Shown: positions 15,219-29,110, counted from the stretch's first letter. The stretch is DNA of 64,000 bases from the human T2T-CHM13v2.0 reference genome, Homo sapiens (GCF_009914755.1 NC_060935.1), one strand, 5' to 3'. A program made the numbers and translations. Notes: a model not told the origin generated them from the sequence alone.

Positions 15219-15573
15219 TGATATGGTTTGGCTGTGTTCCCACCTAATTATCATCTTGAATTTTAATCCCCATAATCCTCACATGTCATGGGAAGAATGT
15301 GGTGGGAGGTAATTGAATTATGGGGCAGTTTCCCCTATGATGTTCTCGTCAATGAGTTCTCGAGATCCGATGTTTATATAAGTGTCTGGCATTTCCCCTG
15401 CTGGCACTCATTCTCTCTCCTGCCGCCCTGTGAAAAGGTGTCTTCCACAGTGATTGTAAGTTTCCTGAGGCCTCCCCAGCCATGCGGAACTGTGAGTCAA
15501 TTAAACCTCTTTTCTTTATAAATTACCCTGTCTCGGGCATTTTCTTATAACAATGTGAGAATTGACTCATACA
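15219..15573 (+). mobile_element. THE1C-like MaLR solo LTR
   Basis: tgatatggtttggctgtg...gactcataca; perfect 5-bp TSD gaagg at 15214-15218 and 15574-15578. Confidence 0.93.
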
Positions 15574-15664
15574 GAAGGCAATTGTATAAATAACTTAGTT
15601 GAAAAAAGAAATACGAGGGAGGATTTACAGAATTAAATGTAGTCTGCAAGGATTCATTTCAACA

Positions 15665-16101
15665 TCATCTTAGGCCAGTTTTTTGGAAACAGACTGAACT
15701 GACAATTTGCAGGCAGGAGGCTTATTGGTGTGTAACTGAGAAATGGTACCTATAAGTAGTTAAGGAAAGAAGAACTGGGTGAAGGGAGAATTTGAACTGC
15801 AGTCCAGTTCCCATAGAGGCCTCAGCCAATCATGCATGGGCCTGTGGGGCTACCATACTCCTTTAGAGTTGTAGTGAGTTGAAATAAATGACCCAAACAT
15901 TGCCCCGGCTCCCTTAACCAGTTGTTGGATCTGGGCTGCCCTTGGGAAAATGGCATTATATTGAGTGAGAGAGCTTTTATCGGATAAAAGCCATTTCAGG
16001 GAGCGACTCATCTTTGAGTGATCAATAGCCACTAGGGAAATAAATGTCAGGGATAAAGAAGGAGGTGTCTGGCCTAACTGTGTGACCGTACTATCCATTA
16101 C
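15665..16101 (-). mobile_element. LTR33-like ERVL solo LTR
   Basis: ggaaacagactg...tttgcaggcaggaggcttattgg...gaggcctcagccaatc...tccattaca. Confidence 0.65.
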
Positions 16102-17249
16102 AAACATCTTGATGAGTCCCATTCGCTAGTTTATCCCCAGGATTTGCCTCTGTAGAGAGATTATTCATCAGCTTTCAAGGCAAATACACAGGCAAAATAG
16201 TCCACCTTAAGGGGACTATGTAACAGATAATTATTTATTATATTATATGTATAATTCATTATTCTTATATAATAATGTATGTATGATATATATTTATACT
16301 ATATATAAAACAATTTTAAAGGATATAAGCCTGACCCTTTTCACTAACTATCTCCTCCACCCAGACTATCAAAATTCAGCTAAGTAACTCAAGTTTAGAG
16401 TTAGTAATCAAAAAGCATTTGGAGGCAGTTTAGAAGATGAATTGCAAGGGAAAAGGGGTGGAGGCTCTGAATTAAAAAGAATATTGGTCACAGAAAACAG
16501 AATAGTGAAGTCAACATCCACAAAGTTAGTGTGCCAGAGGGGATTGAAGGGAGACACCTGCTTGCATTTTTTTCCCTAGACCTACTTTCAGAGGTGTAGC
16601 AGACAAATTACAGAAGATAGAATTAAAATAGATTCCACCCATGGGGTCTGCCACTATTCCCACCTAAATAATACAGAAGAGCCAGGAGCATGCATAATGA
16701 GAATTCATAATTTCACAGCTTAAATAAAAGCTATAAAAGTCATCAGAATGTTAAACCTGCAAGCAGAGAGAGAGAAATGTGTTTTTTATTTTTATTTTTT
16801 AAACTCCTTGGTGCAACTCCAAGAAAGAAAGCAAAAATTTCTTAGAGGCCAAGAAATAGAAGCACAAAGGAGGCCTGTGGGGAAGGTAGCATTTTACAAA
16901 GAAATATCAAATACTTTTTAAAAATGAGATATCACCTGAAATATTCCCTAGGAATAAAATTAACTGATAACCCCTAATTAAATAAGATATTGATATTTTA
17001 ATTTATAAGTGCATATGAATGGCTGTGAAATGTATTTATTAGAATGTGTTTCAGTTGTGCAATCATTGTAAACTGCTCTGTGCCATAAAATTACATAATT
17101 AGCACACCAGAACTTATATTTAATACCAACATTTAAGTCTTCTTGCAAATGGTGTTGTGTGGGAGTTACTGCATCTTATAAACTTGCCGGGGCAGAGAAA
17201 ATTCCAAAGAATGTTTAGTGGGGGGAAAATGTATTGTAGATTTCATATG

Positions 17250-17410
17250 ATAAAGTAGTGAATGTGAACTGGCTCTGGCATCTGGATACCTGGTTCAAAC
17301 ACTAACTCTACTACTTACAAGTTGAGTTCAAACAAGTTATTTGAACTCTGGACTCAGTTTCCAAATCTGTAAAATGGGGTATTATTTGTAATTATCTCAC
17401 AGGACACCAA
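17250..17410 (+). mobile_element. MIR
   Basis: Core ctcagtttccaaatctgtaaaatgggg. Confidence 0.7.
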
Positions 17411-17794
17411 TTAATGTTTAGAGCTTATTTTAGCATCTTTCATATTTTAATTATGTCATAAATGACAACTATTGTTGTTAATAATATTAATGCTATAGTG
17501 AGCAGAAATATGTCTTTAGAATAGAAATATATTGGGACAATAGTAAGCGTGGATGTGGAGAATATAATGAGTGAGGATTTAATGAGTAGAATCAATTATG
17601 TTTAGTAAAACTGAGTTACCTGAAATGTAAGAAAGCTAAAAGACTTGATGTATTTCTTCTTAATAAATTAGTTTTTATTATTATTTTGAGAAACTCCTTG
17701 GTAATATACATTCCGTATGAGAAGCTCCTTAGTAATATACATTCAGTAGTTTGATCAGGTCGTGTGTTGGGACCCCTAATGTTTCTTCACATTT

Positions 17795-18030
17795 GATGAT
17801 AATAAGAACAAGCATTTATTAATTTTCTCACTGTTTGTCTGATATTGCTCTAAGCACTTTATATGCATAGACCAAATTAACCTTCCCCGAAACCTTTATC
17901 AGGTACATGTGAGTCTCATCTCAAGGGGAAGAAAATATGATAAGAGAGTTTCTAGTAACTTCCACGTTGTTAAATCACAGAGTCAAGACACAATCCCAGG
18001 CACTCTGGCTTCAGAGCTTGGGACCTTAAA
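17795..18030 (-). mobile_element. MIR
   Basis: agcatttatt...ctaagcactttatatgcat...caggcactctggcttcagagc. Confidence 0.55.
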
Positions 18031-18659
18031 CAGTATACTATATTGTAGTATATCTGCTTATATGTGTCCACTGCGCAAACATGGTTAAAAACATTGGTAA
18101 GTAAACCTGTTATTTATTGTCAATTCAAAAGAAAAAAAGTTTTCTGATTTCAGTGGCTCACCATTTCTATTATAGTCTGTCCCTATTTACACTGTTAGAC
18201 TTTACAACCTCACTTCCTGGTAATTCACAAACAGTGGTAATTACTATTACACTATGACTATTTACAACCTCACTTCTTGGTAATTCACAAACAGTGAAAA
18301 TGAAACAGGGGTTTTAGGTTTTCTCCACTCAGTTCATCTCCTTTATGGCTTTACCTGGCTAACAGCAAGAGTGGGAGCTGCGGTTATGTACATCCACAGC
18401 ATCTAACAATGGTGAGTGGCTTACCACATGCTTATGGGAATCAACTGGTGAGAAATAAGGGTGCCATAGTCAAAATAGCCTAATACACCAACTATCAACA
18501 CATGATATTGGCAGCCCCAGGGGGATTACAGTAGGATTCAACCAAAAGGATTGACTTTATTTATCTTATAGTCACACATATTTGAGGTAATTTGGAAACC
18601 TACTTTCAGACATTAGATGTTTTCTCTAACACTAAACAGCAATTATTTCTTTAAGATCA

Positions 18660-19037
18660 TATATTAGTTTGCTAGGGCTTCCATAATGAAATACCACCAA
18701 CTGGGTAGCTTAAACAGCAGATTTTTTTTTTCTGACAATTTTGGAGGTTGAAAGTCCAAGATCAAAGTGTTAGCAGGATTGGTTTCTTCTCTCCTTGACT
18801 GGTAGATGACTATCTTCTCCCTGTGTCTTCACATGGTCTTCTCTCTGTATATGTCTGTGTGCAAATTTTCTTTTCTTGTGAAAACACCAGTCATATTAGA
18901 TTAGGGTCCAGTGACTTCATTTTAACTTAATTATCTCTTTAATGACTCTGTCTCCTCTGTAGTTGAATTCTGAAGTACTAGAGGTTAGGACTTCAATATA
19001 TAAACTTTTTCGGAGGACACAATTCAGTCCATGACAC
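18660..19037 (-). mobile_element. MLT1A/B-like MaLR solo LTR
   Basis: tattagtttgctagggct...aagtccaagatcaaagtg...ggacacaattcagtccatgaca. Confidence 0.85.
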
Positions 19038-19089
19038 AATATCAGTGGAATAAAAATCATTCTACTCTACCATATTAGAACAATATTTT

Positions 19090-19387
19090 GGGCCTGGCTT
19101 ATGGCCCTGTACTCCCAGTACTGTGGGAAGCCAAGGCAGGAGGATCACCTGAGGTCAGGAGTTTGAGACCAACCTGGCCAATGTGATGAAACCCCATCTC
19201 TACTAAAAATACAAAAATTAGCCAGGCATGGTGGCGCATGCCTGTAATCCCAGCTACTCAGGAGGCTGAGGCAGGAGAATTGCTTGAACCCGGGAGGCAG
19301 AGGTTGCCGTGAGCCAAGTCGCACCACTGCACTCCAGCCTCGGCGACTTGAGTAAGACGCTGTCTCGGAAAAAAAAAAGAAAAAAAA
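19090..19387 (+). mobile_element. AluSx-like
   Basis: Full dimer; TSD agaacaatatttt at 19077-19089 and 19388-19400. Confidence 0.95.
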
Positions 19388-20364
19388 AGAACAATATTTT
19401 TCCACTGTCACTCAAACTTACATATTATTCTAGTCCAACAGAAGCTTTAAGTTAAAAAAGATAATTTTAAACTTTGCTCAACATGGTCTACTAATAAGCT
19501 GGCTGCATGAAAGTGAGCTGGAATTTCTTCCCCACATAGTCTTTTGTTCTTTTGATGGGAGATGGCAAAAAGGAAAGCTTTGCAAAGTCACACCTCATTT
19601 TGCATACTTACTAGAATAAAAGAAGAATGTTCAGAATACGCACAGATGAATAGAATGTCTGACCTTAATGTCATTTTTATTAGAATGTACCAAGCCTTCC
19701 GTTTTTCAACTAGCAATAGCTATGGTTACATTTCTCATATTTTTTGGAAACCATAGGTTAGAGCAGTTGTGTCCCCAAATATTCTTCATCTTAATGATGT
19801 GAAAAACAAATTACTAGACACTAAATTACTAAACATTTTATATATTAAGGTTCTCAAAATTTTACAAATTAACTGAAGCTAAAAATTAAAGCAAAACAGT
19901 GACAAAACACTCAAAATGTAATTTCAAAGTTAGCAATTTTTTGTTAACTATATAATTATGGAAGAAACATGCATCTTTATGAATCTGAAATGTTGATGTA
20001 CATTATTTTAGTTCAGTATTACTTTATTTCTTCTCCCAAATGTTACTGAGCAGTAAAGAACAGATTAATTTCCATGTTCTTCCCTATGGCAGCATATAAA
20101 ATATTATTTAAATAATGATATATGGAGTAAGTCTGAGCCTAGGTTAGAACTCTAGTGTGTATAGTGGAAAACTTGATAGGCTTAAGAAAGACTTAAAATC
20201 TTGTTTAATAGAAACTCCAGATATAAATATAAGAAGACAAGACTGCATAATGATCCTCCATGAACCCATTATAGCCTCAAGAGTTACTAAATAATGACAA
20301 ATCCTTTTCTTTTTGATCCATAACTCCACTCACACCCCTTTTCACTTGATTATTTAAAAGTGAG

Positions 20365-20994
<630 letters not shown>

Positions 20995-21849
20995 AATAGT
21001 ATTCACATGCTGCTTCAATTAATTTCTTTTTTAACTAAATGTCTAGTCACTTCACATTTCCCAGGTTATCATATATATAGTTATATATTTATGTATAATA
21101 AATACATGACATATATTTGCCATTATATAAGTATATGATATATTCAATATATTCAATATGCATTCAAAAATATTTGAAAATTCAAATGAAGTCTATATAT
21201 TCCCACTGGTTGAAATGTTGCTTGTCTTTTTTTCACTTGCTAGTTACACTTCCCTTTTCCTTTCTCTCTGTTTTTCCTGTCATTTTGTTGTTGTTATTGA
21301 GGAAACTAAGTCATCAGTCCTAGAAAGCTCTCAACACAGAAACTGCTTTTTGCTGATTGTCAGTAATGACAGAAAAACAATTGCCTAAGTTGTCTGTTGC
21401 TAAGAATATTTTTTTCAGAATAAGAACAGATGAAGGAAGGAGGCAGAGGAAGTATTCTCTGATGTCCAAAGTTTGTGTGGAACACAGGAAAGAAGGCCAG
21501 ACCAGAGATTAAATCCTGACTCTGAGAAAGACTGGCTTGGTATGAGGCAAATTTTTATTTTTCTGGGTGTCAGTGTCCAGGTATATAAAATCACATATAA
21601 GTACATCATAGTTAAATTACTGAAAACCAAATATATTTTTTAAGTTGTGAAGGCAGCTAGAGAATAAAAGACATGTTTTTTAACAGGATAACAATAAGAG
21701 TGATAGCTGATGTCACAATGAATACCTAAAACAAGTTATCTTGAAAGAAGAGTGGAGATGAAATGCTTAGTGACGTTAAAAGCTTATGTGAAATATTAAA
21801 AGTAATAACCTGTGATAGAGAAACAAACACACAAAAAGAAATTATATGG

Positions 21850-22040
21850 TTTAAAGCTTTGGTCTGGGGCAACTGAACCAAGGTCAAATCTCAGCTTCAC
21901 CATTTTGTTTCTATACAGCTTGTGGTAGTTACATTGGCTGATTCTTAATTTTCCTTATCTTTCAAATGGTTATAATAATGTCTACCTCATGGAGATGTTG
22001 TAAAGATTAAAAGATAGAAATCAGTAAGTTGCTTAATAAG
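21850..22040 (+). mobile_element. MIR
   Basis: caaatctcagcttcacc...ttttccttatctttcaaatgg...gttgtaaagattaaa. Confidence 0.65.
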
Positions 22041-22255
22041 TGTCATAGCTATCACAAATTGACAAACGTGATTGGGGGAAGAGACTATGCTAAGGAAATA
22101 TAAATAAAATGACCCTGAATTTTTCCTTTCTTTCATGTTTATGTATGTGTATGTGAGAGGCTGAAGTGACTATCATCACAGTAAACCCAATATTTGAAAT
22201 AATTCATTTGAATAATTTATTTTCTTTTCAATTATTTTCTAGCTGAGTTAGAAGG

Positions 22256-22579
22256 TTTTTGGGTTTTTTTTTATTTTGGTTTTTTGTTTGTTTGTGTGAG
22301 ATGGAGTTTCACTCTCGTCAACCAGGCTGGAGTGCAATGGCACGATTTTGACTCACTGCAACCTCCACTCCCAGGTTCAAGTGATTCTCTTGTCTCAGCC
22401 TCCAGAGTAGCTAGGATTGCAGGCGCCTGCCACTATGGCTGGCTAATTTTCATATTTTTAGTAGAGACGGGGTTTCACCATGTTGTCCAGGCATGTCTCA
22501 AACTCCTAACCTCAGTTGATCCGCCTGCCTCGGCTTCCCAAAGTGCTGGGATTACAGGCGTGAGCCACCGCGCTGAGCC
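22256..22579 (-). mobile_element. AluSq/Sp-like, followed by (GTT)n at 22581-22622
   Basis: Antisense dimer gagatggagtttcactctc...gagccaccgcgctgagcc. Confidence 0.92.
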
Positions 22580-23709
22580 TGTTTTTGTTGTTGTTGTTGT
22601 TGTTTTTGTTGTTGTTGTTGTTTTTAATAAGTAAGGAAGACATAGTCAGAAGGATATGAGAAGGGATATACAGGGGCTCAAACTTTATTTCCCTGGCTGA
22701 GGGTACATTATTGTTCCTTGTATTATCCTCCATGCCTGTCTTTATGTCTAAAAGCTTTATAATAATTTCCAAAGTTATAATTTAATTATGGTTAGCTAGC
22801 ACTAAGAAATGACAAGTCTTCAGCAAATCTGTGGGATAATTTAGTTTCAAGTTTCAGCTAATGACGTATGGGGTGTGCAGAATGTGTTAATGATATGTTA
22901 TATTACAGCTGTCGATTACAAACAACTTTACTTCCTGTTTCTCTGCTCTTTATCTGTTTAATATCCTCTTTCTCATATACCCAAACACTTCTCTTCCTTT
23001 AAGGATATTAAGTCACCTTTGCAGTTATTAATGTTATATTGGTTGAAATAATTTAGGGAATGAGGTCAACAATGTACAGACTAGATAATGTGGCTCCTGG
23101 ACTGCAGCAACATTGGCTGCAGTTAGCCAGGAAAAATTTGTTAGATTATTGGAAGCTGTTTTTATCTTTTTCATTAAATTTTAAATACATTCTGCTTAGT
23201 CAAGCCTACATGGAAAGGGTTTTAATTGATAGTTTTCAGTGCTCAATCTATTATTCTAATGAATGATATATAAACATGTTTGTTTATATATTGTTATCTT
23301 ACTTCAATGATTTTTCATAATTATTAAAGCAAGCTCTGGTATGAATTAATGAAGGTATGTCGATTTTAGCAAAAGACAAGGATGCTTCCAGTTTTTTTTT
23401 TATTTTTAATTTTTTAAATTAACCTTTAAATGTATCACATTTTTAGGGATCATAGTTCAGGCTTACTCTAGCTGGCATTGTTCTCTCTAGATATGTATTT
23501 ATCTATTTGGAGGAACTGTTGTGCTGTAGAGTGTTTCGGAGAGAAATTTTTATAAGAAATAATGTTTATTTAGAATAAATAATTTGATATTTTCTTAGAG
23601 CGTTTATTTATTTTCCACTTAGAAAATAAGGTTCTTCTGGTAGTAGAACTTAGTTTTTGGTTTGGGTCTCATTCATATAACCCATGTATATAGAATGATG
23701 TCAAATATA

Positions 23710-24076
23710 AGTCACCTCCAGAGCAGATGTGAATTAAGGATCACACCAGCTGTACATTCTTCTGTCAGACCACAGTGGTTGGTTCAAAGATAGGTACATT
23801 ACCTACGTTAAGCCAATCAGAATGAACAAGTTGGATGTGGAGCAGTGAGAATGCAGTTCTGGAGCAGCAAAGATCTGCTTGTGACAAAGAGAAGAGACCC
23901 TTATTAATAATAAAACAAAAAATGGGGGAAAGATGATGGGAGAGAGGGAGGACAACTGAGTTATTTTGATAAAGCCCCTGATTGACCACATCAGAAGTTA
24001 GCATATCCCTTGGTCCTGAAATCGAGTTTGGTTTTAGTTTTCTGGATTCACCAATAAATGAGTCCTAATTGATACA
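23710..24076 (+). mobile_element. Old MaLR LTR (MLT1K/L-like)
   Basis: agccaatcagaatgaa...gagtcctaattgataca terminus. Confidence 0.55.
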
Positions 24077-26156
24077 ATTTCATTGATAATGTTTAAACTG
24101 AAAGTGTTATAAAAATAAATTACTACAATATTAAAAAGAATTCTGGATGTTTATTATCTTTGTGAAACTAGCTTTTTGATACCATATAGTTTTTGAACTC
24201 AACATTTTAGTTTTTATTTGATGTTTGAGGTAGCCCAAAGAACAGCAACTACATTCTTGCCACATATTGACAGGCATGCAGCCAAACTTAAAAAAAATAT
24301 AGTCTAATTAATCCCCAAGTACCTACCCTGTTTGAGCCTCTTTGCTCCTCACCCTCCATGTATATCCCATGAAAATATTTAATCTTATGGATTTATGAGT
24401 TTGTTTAGTTAACTAGATAGTTCCAATATTCTGCTCAACATTTTATAAGTCACCAGAGTTTAGAAATGCCATATTCCCAGTATTAGGCATATACTGAATA
24501 GTCTTTTATGTTATAGACAATTTCCTTTTTCAATCCCCAAGGGGGCATCAGGGTCAAACTCAATGATACTCTTATTCTCAGGTTGCTGGCAGAAGAACTA
24601 ATTCCGTGACAACGGCTCTCTCTCTATCTCTGACCTCCAAACCCCTGAATTTCTGATGAATGGCACCCTAGGAAACGAGGCTTGACATGTTTGCTTGCTT
24701 GTTTGAAATCAATCGAGAAAGTAAAAAGTACTTTAGAGATGCATGGGGTTCTCACATGGATTTATTGCAGAAAAATATATTTATTTTCTAATACATAATT
24801 TACTTCCTTTTTTTAGGCAGAGAGATCCATTTGTGTTTCAAGAGGTATAAGCAAGAGTGATGATTGAGAGCTTAATATAGACATAATCTCTAGCTCTCGA
24901 TGATTAGTTCTCCATGGATTTTTGCCATGGATTAATACACAGCTGCAAAATTTGTGCAGTAATCCTCAGCTATGCAATTTGGTGGCAGGCTTTATTTTAG
25001 AGCCATTGTCCCTACAAATAATTAGAACACAACATGTATCAGTGCTTAGTTTATATCTTCATACTGATAGATAAACTGATAGATAAAGGGAAGGCAATAG
25101 CCTAAAACTACAAGGAAGTCAACACAGAGATAAAATCTGACAGTAAGATACATTATGTGTGAGTGAATTGGGTTATTATTCAGTAAGAGCAGGGTGGCTT
25201 CATGGCAGTGATGGCATGTGAGTTGTACCTCAAATAGTGGCTTGGGTTGTATGAGAACTATGCATTTCTAATAGGAGTAGAGGTGGCAGAACAATGTAGG
25301 CAAGGCATGTGTGTGAGCAGGAGATAAAGCCTGGTGGAACAAAGTGGTCACACTTGGAAGAAATGAGACATAATGATAGAAGTGAATCCTGAGCACACGG
25401 TTGAGGAGGGTATGTACCGACAGTCAAAGGGTTTCAGAATTTATCCTGTGAACATTACGTGTTCTTACTGTTTTTAGGTATCTGCAGGTAGCTAATGAGA
25501 AAAAAAAAATCAGGTTAGCATGCATGTTTTGGCTTCTGGAAAACCAAATTAGGGAACATTTGGGAAAGCCCTTTTCATCATAATAACTGGTTCAAAACAA
25601 CAAAATGGAGTGGAAAGTAGTCAATGTACCATTCTCTTTGAATGTGCGGAAATGACAGGATTAAATTCAATTAGTTTTGAAATCATCTGCTATGACTAGA
25701 GGAAGGCAGCATAGTTATCTCACCTTAATTAGTAGTAAAATGGAAGACAAAGTTACAGCAACATGGCTTTGGGGAGATACCTGGAACAAGTAGGATAATA
25801 TTAACATGGCATTGTTGAGATGCCTTAGGTTATGGGAAATCACAGCTTCAAATACTAACTCACAGCATAGAGAGGCCAAGAAATAGCTACAGTAAATAAA
25901 TGAATATGCCACTCAGCAGACAGAAAGAAGGGAAATGAAAGTTCTCTTTAAGACACATAATAATAATCAAGGTTCCAAAACTACTAGACTTAGTATATAG
26001 TTATCACCCAGACTGGAACCACTGTATGTCTGAGAAATGAAGAGATATTGTCAAGATATTGTCAGTCAAGAAAAAAGCAGCACTGTTGGGAAGGGAGAGT
26101 GAAGAGTGTTCTAGATTCAAGTGCAACTTGAGAGAAAGTATAAAATTGATAGATAT

Positions 26157-26487
26157 TGTTTGGATAGAAAGATTAAGGAAAGAACAGGCAGAAGATGGCT
26201 TAACAGTTGAGACAGGTTTATTGAGAGTAAATCTGAGAAGGGCTTTTGGCCAGCAGGGTCAGGAGCAAAATTCTCTTACTGCCTGAGGCTTTTTTAAAGG
26301 GCCTGGTGGAGAAGTGTGCTTTGAAGAAAATTTTATTAGTAAGGGGTTGGGAAAGTGCTGGCTGGTTTGTTATGGTTAGCGCCATTATGCTCTGTTGAAG
26401 CTATGGGCAGGGCTGACATTTGCAGTTTTGGCCAGGTGGCTTAAGATGGTGGGGTGTTACAAAGATGACGGTACTCTTGTCCTATCA
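26157..26487 (-). repeat. 3' LTR of the provirus (~330 bp)
   Basis: Minus strand TGATAGGACAAGAGTAC...CAAACA; AATAAA at + 26217-26222; aligns to 31052-31689. Confidence 0.92.
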
Positions 26488-26649
26488 ATCTGGACTCTGT
26501 GGTTAGATAAGGAGATGGGCCAGCGTGCTTTTATGGGTACTTCCTGCTGAAAGGGGGCTGTGAGATTGTTGGTTCCGGATTGACTGGAGGAGTTTTCAGG
26601 TGTTCCTCCACCGTTTTCAGGTGTTCCTGGGTGGCGGCTTGTGAGATGG

Positions 26650-28330
26650 CTGTGATCCTGTTGGTAAGGAACTTTTGGGAGAGGGTTACTAAACATGGTA
26701 AAACAATAATTCCAGGCCGATTATTATTAGAAGGCCTATGAAGGGGAGAATTCGGGTTAATAATTTACCATTTAACCAGGAACTAATTTGGTTTTTTTGT
26801 TGCTCCCTAATTCTTTGAGTTTTTTTCATTCAGTTTTGAGGCTGCATCCCTTATCAAGCCTGACTGGTTGAGATAAAAGCAGCATTCTTCCCCTAGAGAG
26901 AAGCAGAGACCTCCCTTCTCTGCTGTAAGGAGGCCGAGTCTTCTCTGGTTTTGGAGGACTACTCTAGTTGGGGAGTCTAGCTGGTCTTGAATTTTTACAA
27001 AGCCTTTGGCTGTATTTTCCAGGGATTCTTGTAGGTCTGTGGAGAGAGCCTCAAAATATGAGAGTGAAATGTCTCATTCCCCAGCTCCTAAGCTGATGCC
27101 CAGCACAGCCAATAAGGGAATGATTTAGATTGCCCTTTTCTGTTTGACATGTTGAACGGAAGGCACTGGCAAGGATTGGTTAGGGGGAGGTATTCTAATG
27201 GCTAGAGAAAGGTAGGCCAGAGTACAGGTGCCTGTCCGATTAGTTGGGAGGCAGAGGTATGTGTTGGTGCCACACAAGAAAAACAAGCCTGCTTTGGAAA
27301 TGCAGGTAGAGATATGAAGGGCAAAAGGTGGATTAAGGGACTGTTTTTTTGTGGTGGGTTTCTGTCTCCAAACAGACAGTGGAGATGCAAGGGAGGCTTC
27401 AGTGATAGTGGAGATGTATTAGGAGTTGACCTTTGTACATTTAATGAAATATGAAGTGGCACCGGTTATGGATAGCCACGGATAGAGATGAGTGTTGGGG
27501 ATAGAGCAATTAAAAGATGCAGCTGTGACTATAGGGGGGTGGGGGAGCTGTAAAGCGGACTCGTTGGAGGAACAACCCATTGGCCTCTGGTGAAACTTGA
27601 TATTCAGCCTGGTTAGTTTGATGGTCTGTAGGATGCTGGATAGAAATGGTTTTGTTACATTCTCCTGGGATGAGGGAACCTACGGGGGATGTACCTGCAT
27701 GGCTGAAAAACAGAGTAGAACCTGTTGAAGGAGGGGGGCATGAAGAGCAATGGGTCCTTCCATAGAGGGGTCAGAGGAGGCATATCTTGTTAGGGGGTTA
27801 TAATCTGCTTGGAACAGTTTGTTGGCTTGGTTAGCAAATTAGTTAGTGTAGTTGCCAAGTAGAGTGTCTGCCCTTTCAAAGAAGGAAGACTCCTTTTGGA
27901 GTTTGTAAATTAGAAATGTATTTTGAGTTAACACTGTAGGGAGAGGTGCTGGTAGGGCGTTATATGCTGACAAGGAGAGTGATAGGCACATTCAATAATT
28001 ATAAGCATAAGAGGAATTAGCTTGCCGCAGAAGGTACTGAGTGAGATTTAAAGAGCGTTCCAGATGGTTAATGTTGAGTAGTGACTTGATGGGGGCCGAG
28101 GATTCCGTTGTAGTGAGGAAAAGTAAACTTAGGTAAGAAGGAACAGCAGGCCTAAGGAAAAGAAAGTTATTTGGGTGGGGGAGAAATCCTGAGAGGCATC
28201 TTGAAGCCGCAAGTCCCACAGAAGGTTAAGGATTTGATTAGGGGAAACTAGAGGCTCCATGTGAGGGCACCAGGTAATATCTGAGCTAAGGAGTGTGAGG
28301 AAGAGGCAAAAATTGTGGGGAGAGAGACAG
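26650..28330 (-). pseudogene. Retroviral env, decayed (stops and frameshifts)
   Basis: Translated by hand: GLFFLCGTNTYLCLPTNRTGTCTLAY, furin site KQKR/AI, ISD LQNQRRLGLLTAEKGGLC, CX6CC (CFSLGEECC), hydrophobic TM segment near 26700-26770; start not defined. Confidence 0.9.
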
Positions 28331-28489
28331 AGAGAGTTGATAGGCTTTTAATAGAGAGGTTTAGGTGGAAATTTCTTCTTTGGGGATCCTGGTTAGGCAG
28401 ATGGATGTAGGCCCTGTGGAGACACAGGAAAAGGTTGGGAGGGGTTTACTTTGTGTTGGTGGGGGGCTGGATGAGGGAGGATTGGATTT

Positions 28490-28672
28490 TTTGAGGGATG
28501 AAAGGTGGAACCAATTAGCAATTTTGGGAGAGCATTTTTTAGAATGCCATTTGTCCTTTTTACCTTCCCAGAAGATTGAAGTAGGTAAGGGATATGGAAC
28601 TTCCAGGTAGTATGAAGGGCTTAGAAGATTTGGAGTGATTTGGGCAGTGAATTTGGGATTATTATTAGACAG
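28490..28672 (-). pseudogene. Integrase core fragment
   Basis: SNNNPKFTAQIT (SDNGPAFT-like), then after a frameshift WKFHIPY..QSSGKVKRTNGILK. Confidence 0.85.
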
Positions 28673-28933
28673 CCTCTGATTTAGGAGTAGTAGGGCTGCT
28701 AGGGAGTTTATTTGGTTTTGTGCATGCTCCACTTGGGCTGCTAACTCCGTTAGTTTCTCCTTTAGTTGAGCAGACAAGAGAAGTGAAAAAGCTAGACTTG
28801 TAGAACTAAGGCCTATTGCAGAGGAAATTCCCAGAGCAGGGAGGATGGGAATTAATTGGACCACCCTTTCTGTTTCCACATGTGCGTCTAGAGGGAGGGG
28901 AAATTTTTGATCCTTTGTGGCGACAGACAGGGA
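28673..28933 (-). pseudogene. Ectopic second env SU/TM-junction fragment inside pol
   Basis: In ORF 28361-28981: FPLP...TERVVQLIPILPALGISSAIG (fusion-peptide-like), heptad region, QNQINSLAALLLLNQR (ISD-start-like). Confidence 0.75.
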
Positions 28934-29110
28934 GGCGTATAAGGGTGGTGTTTGCATAGGAGTTTCCTGAATGTCCCTCATGCCAACAACAGAGATGGAG
29001 GAATGGGTTAAAGGACCTTGGTATTTAGTTAATACAGATGAGCTTGCCCCAGTATTTAAAGGAAAGAAACAGTTTTACCAGATACCGTCCCGATCATCCT
29101 GGGCTCCGTG
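28934..29110 (-). pseudogene. Retroviral protease fragment
   Basis: EPRMIGTVSGKTVSFL/(frameshift)/NTGASSSVL...SVVG...TPPLY; the catalytic DTG reads NTG. Confidence 0.8.

Noticed and set aside
26592-26628. 21-bp-period duplication near the env 3' end; other short duplications at ~2940, ~3860, ~25070 and ~52800
   Set aside because: Common slippage duplications with no further structure.
26650-28330. Intact or domesticated env
   Set aside because: Stops just after the furin site and in the fusion peptide, plus frameshifts in SU and TM.
28361-28981. 206-aa ORF as a functional, syncytin- or suppressyn-like gene
   Set aside because: No signal peptide, degenerate furin site, truncated ISD, and the C-terminal half is out-of-frame integrase; treated as a pseudogene chimera.
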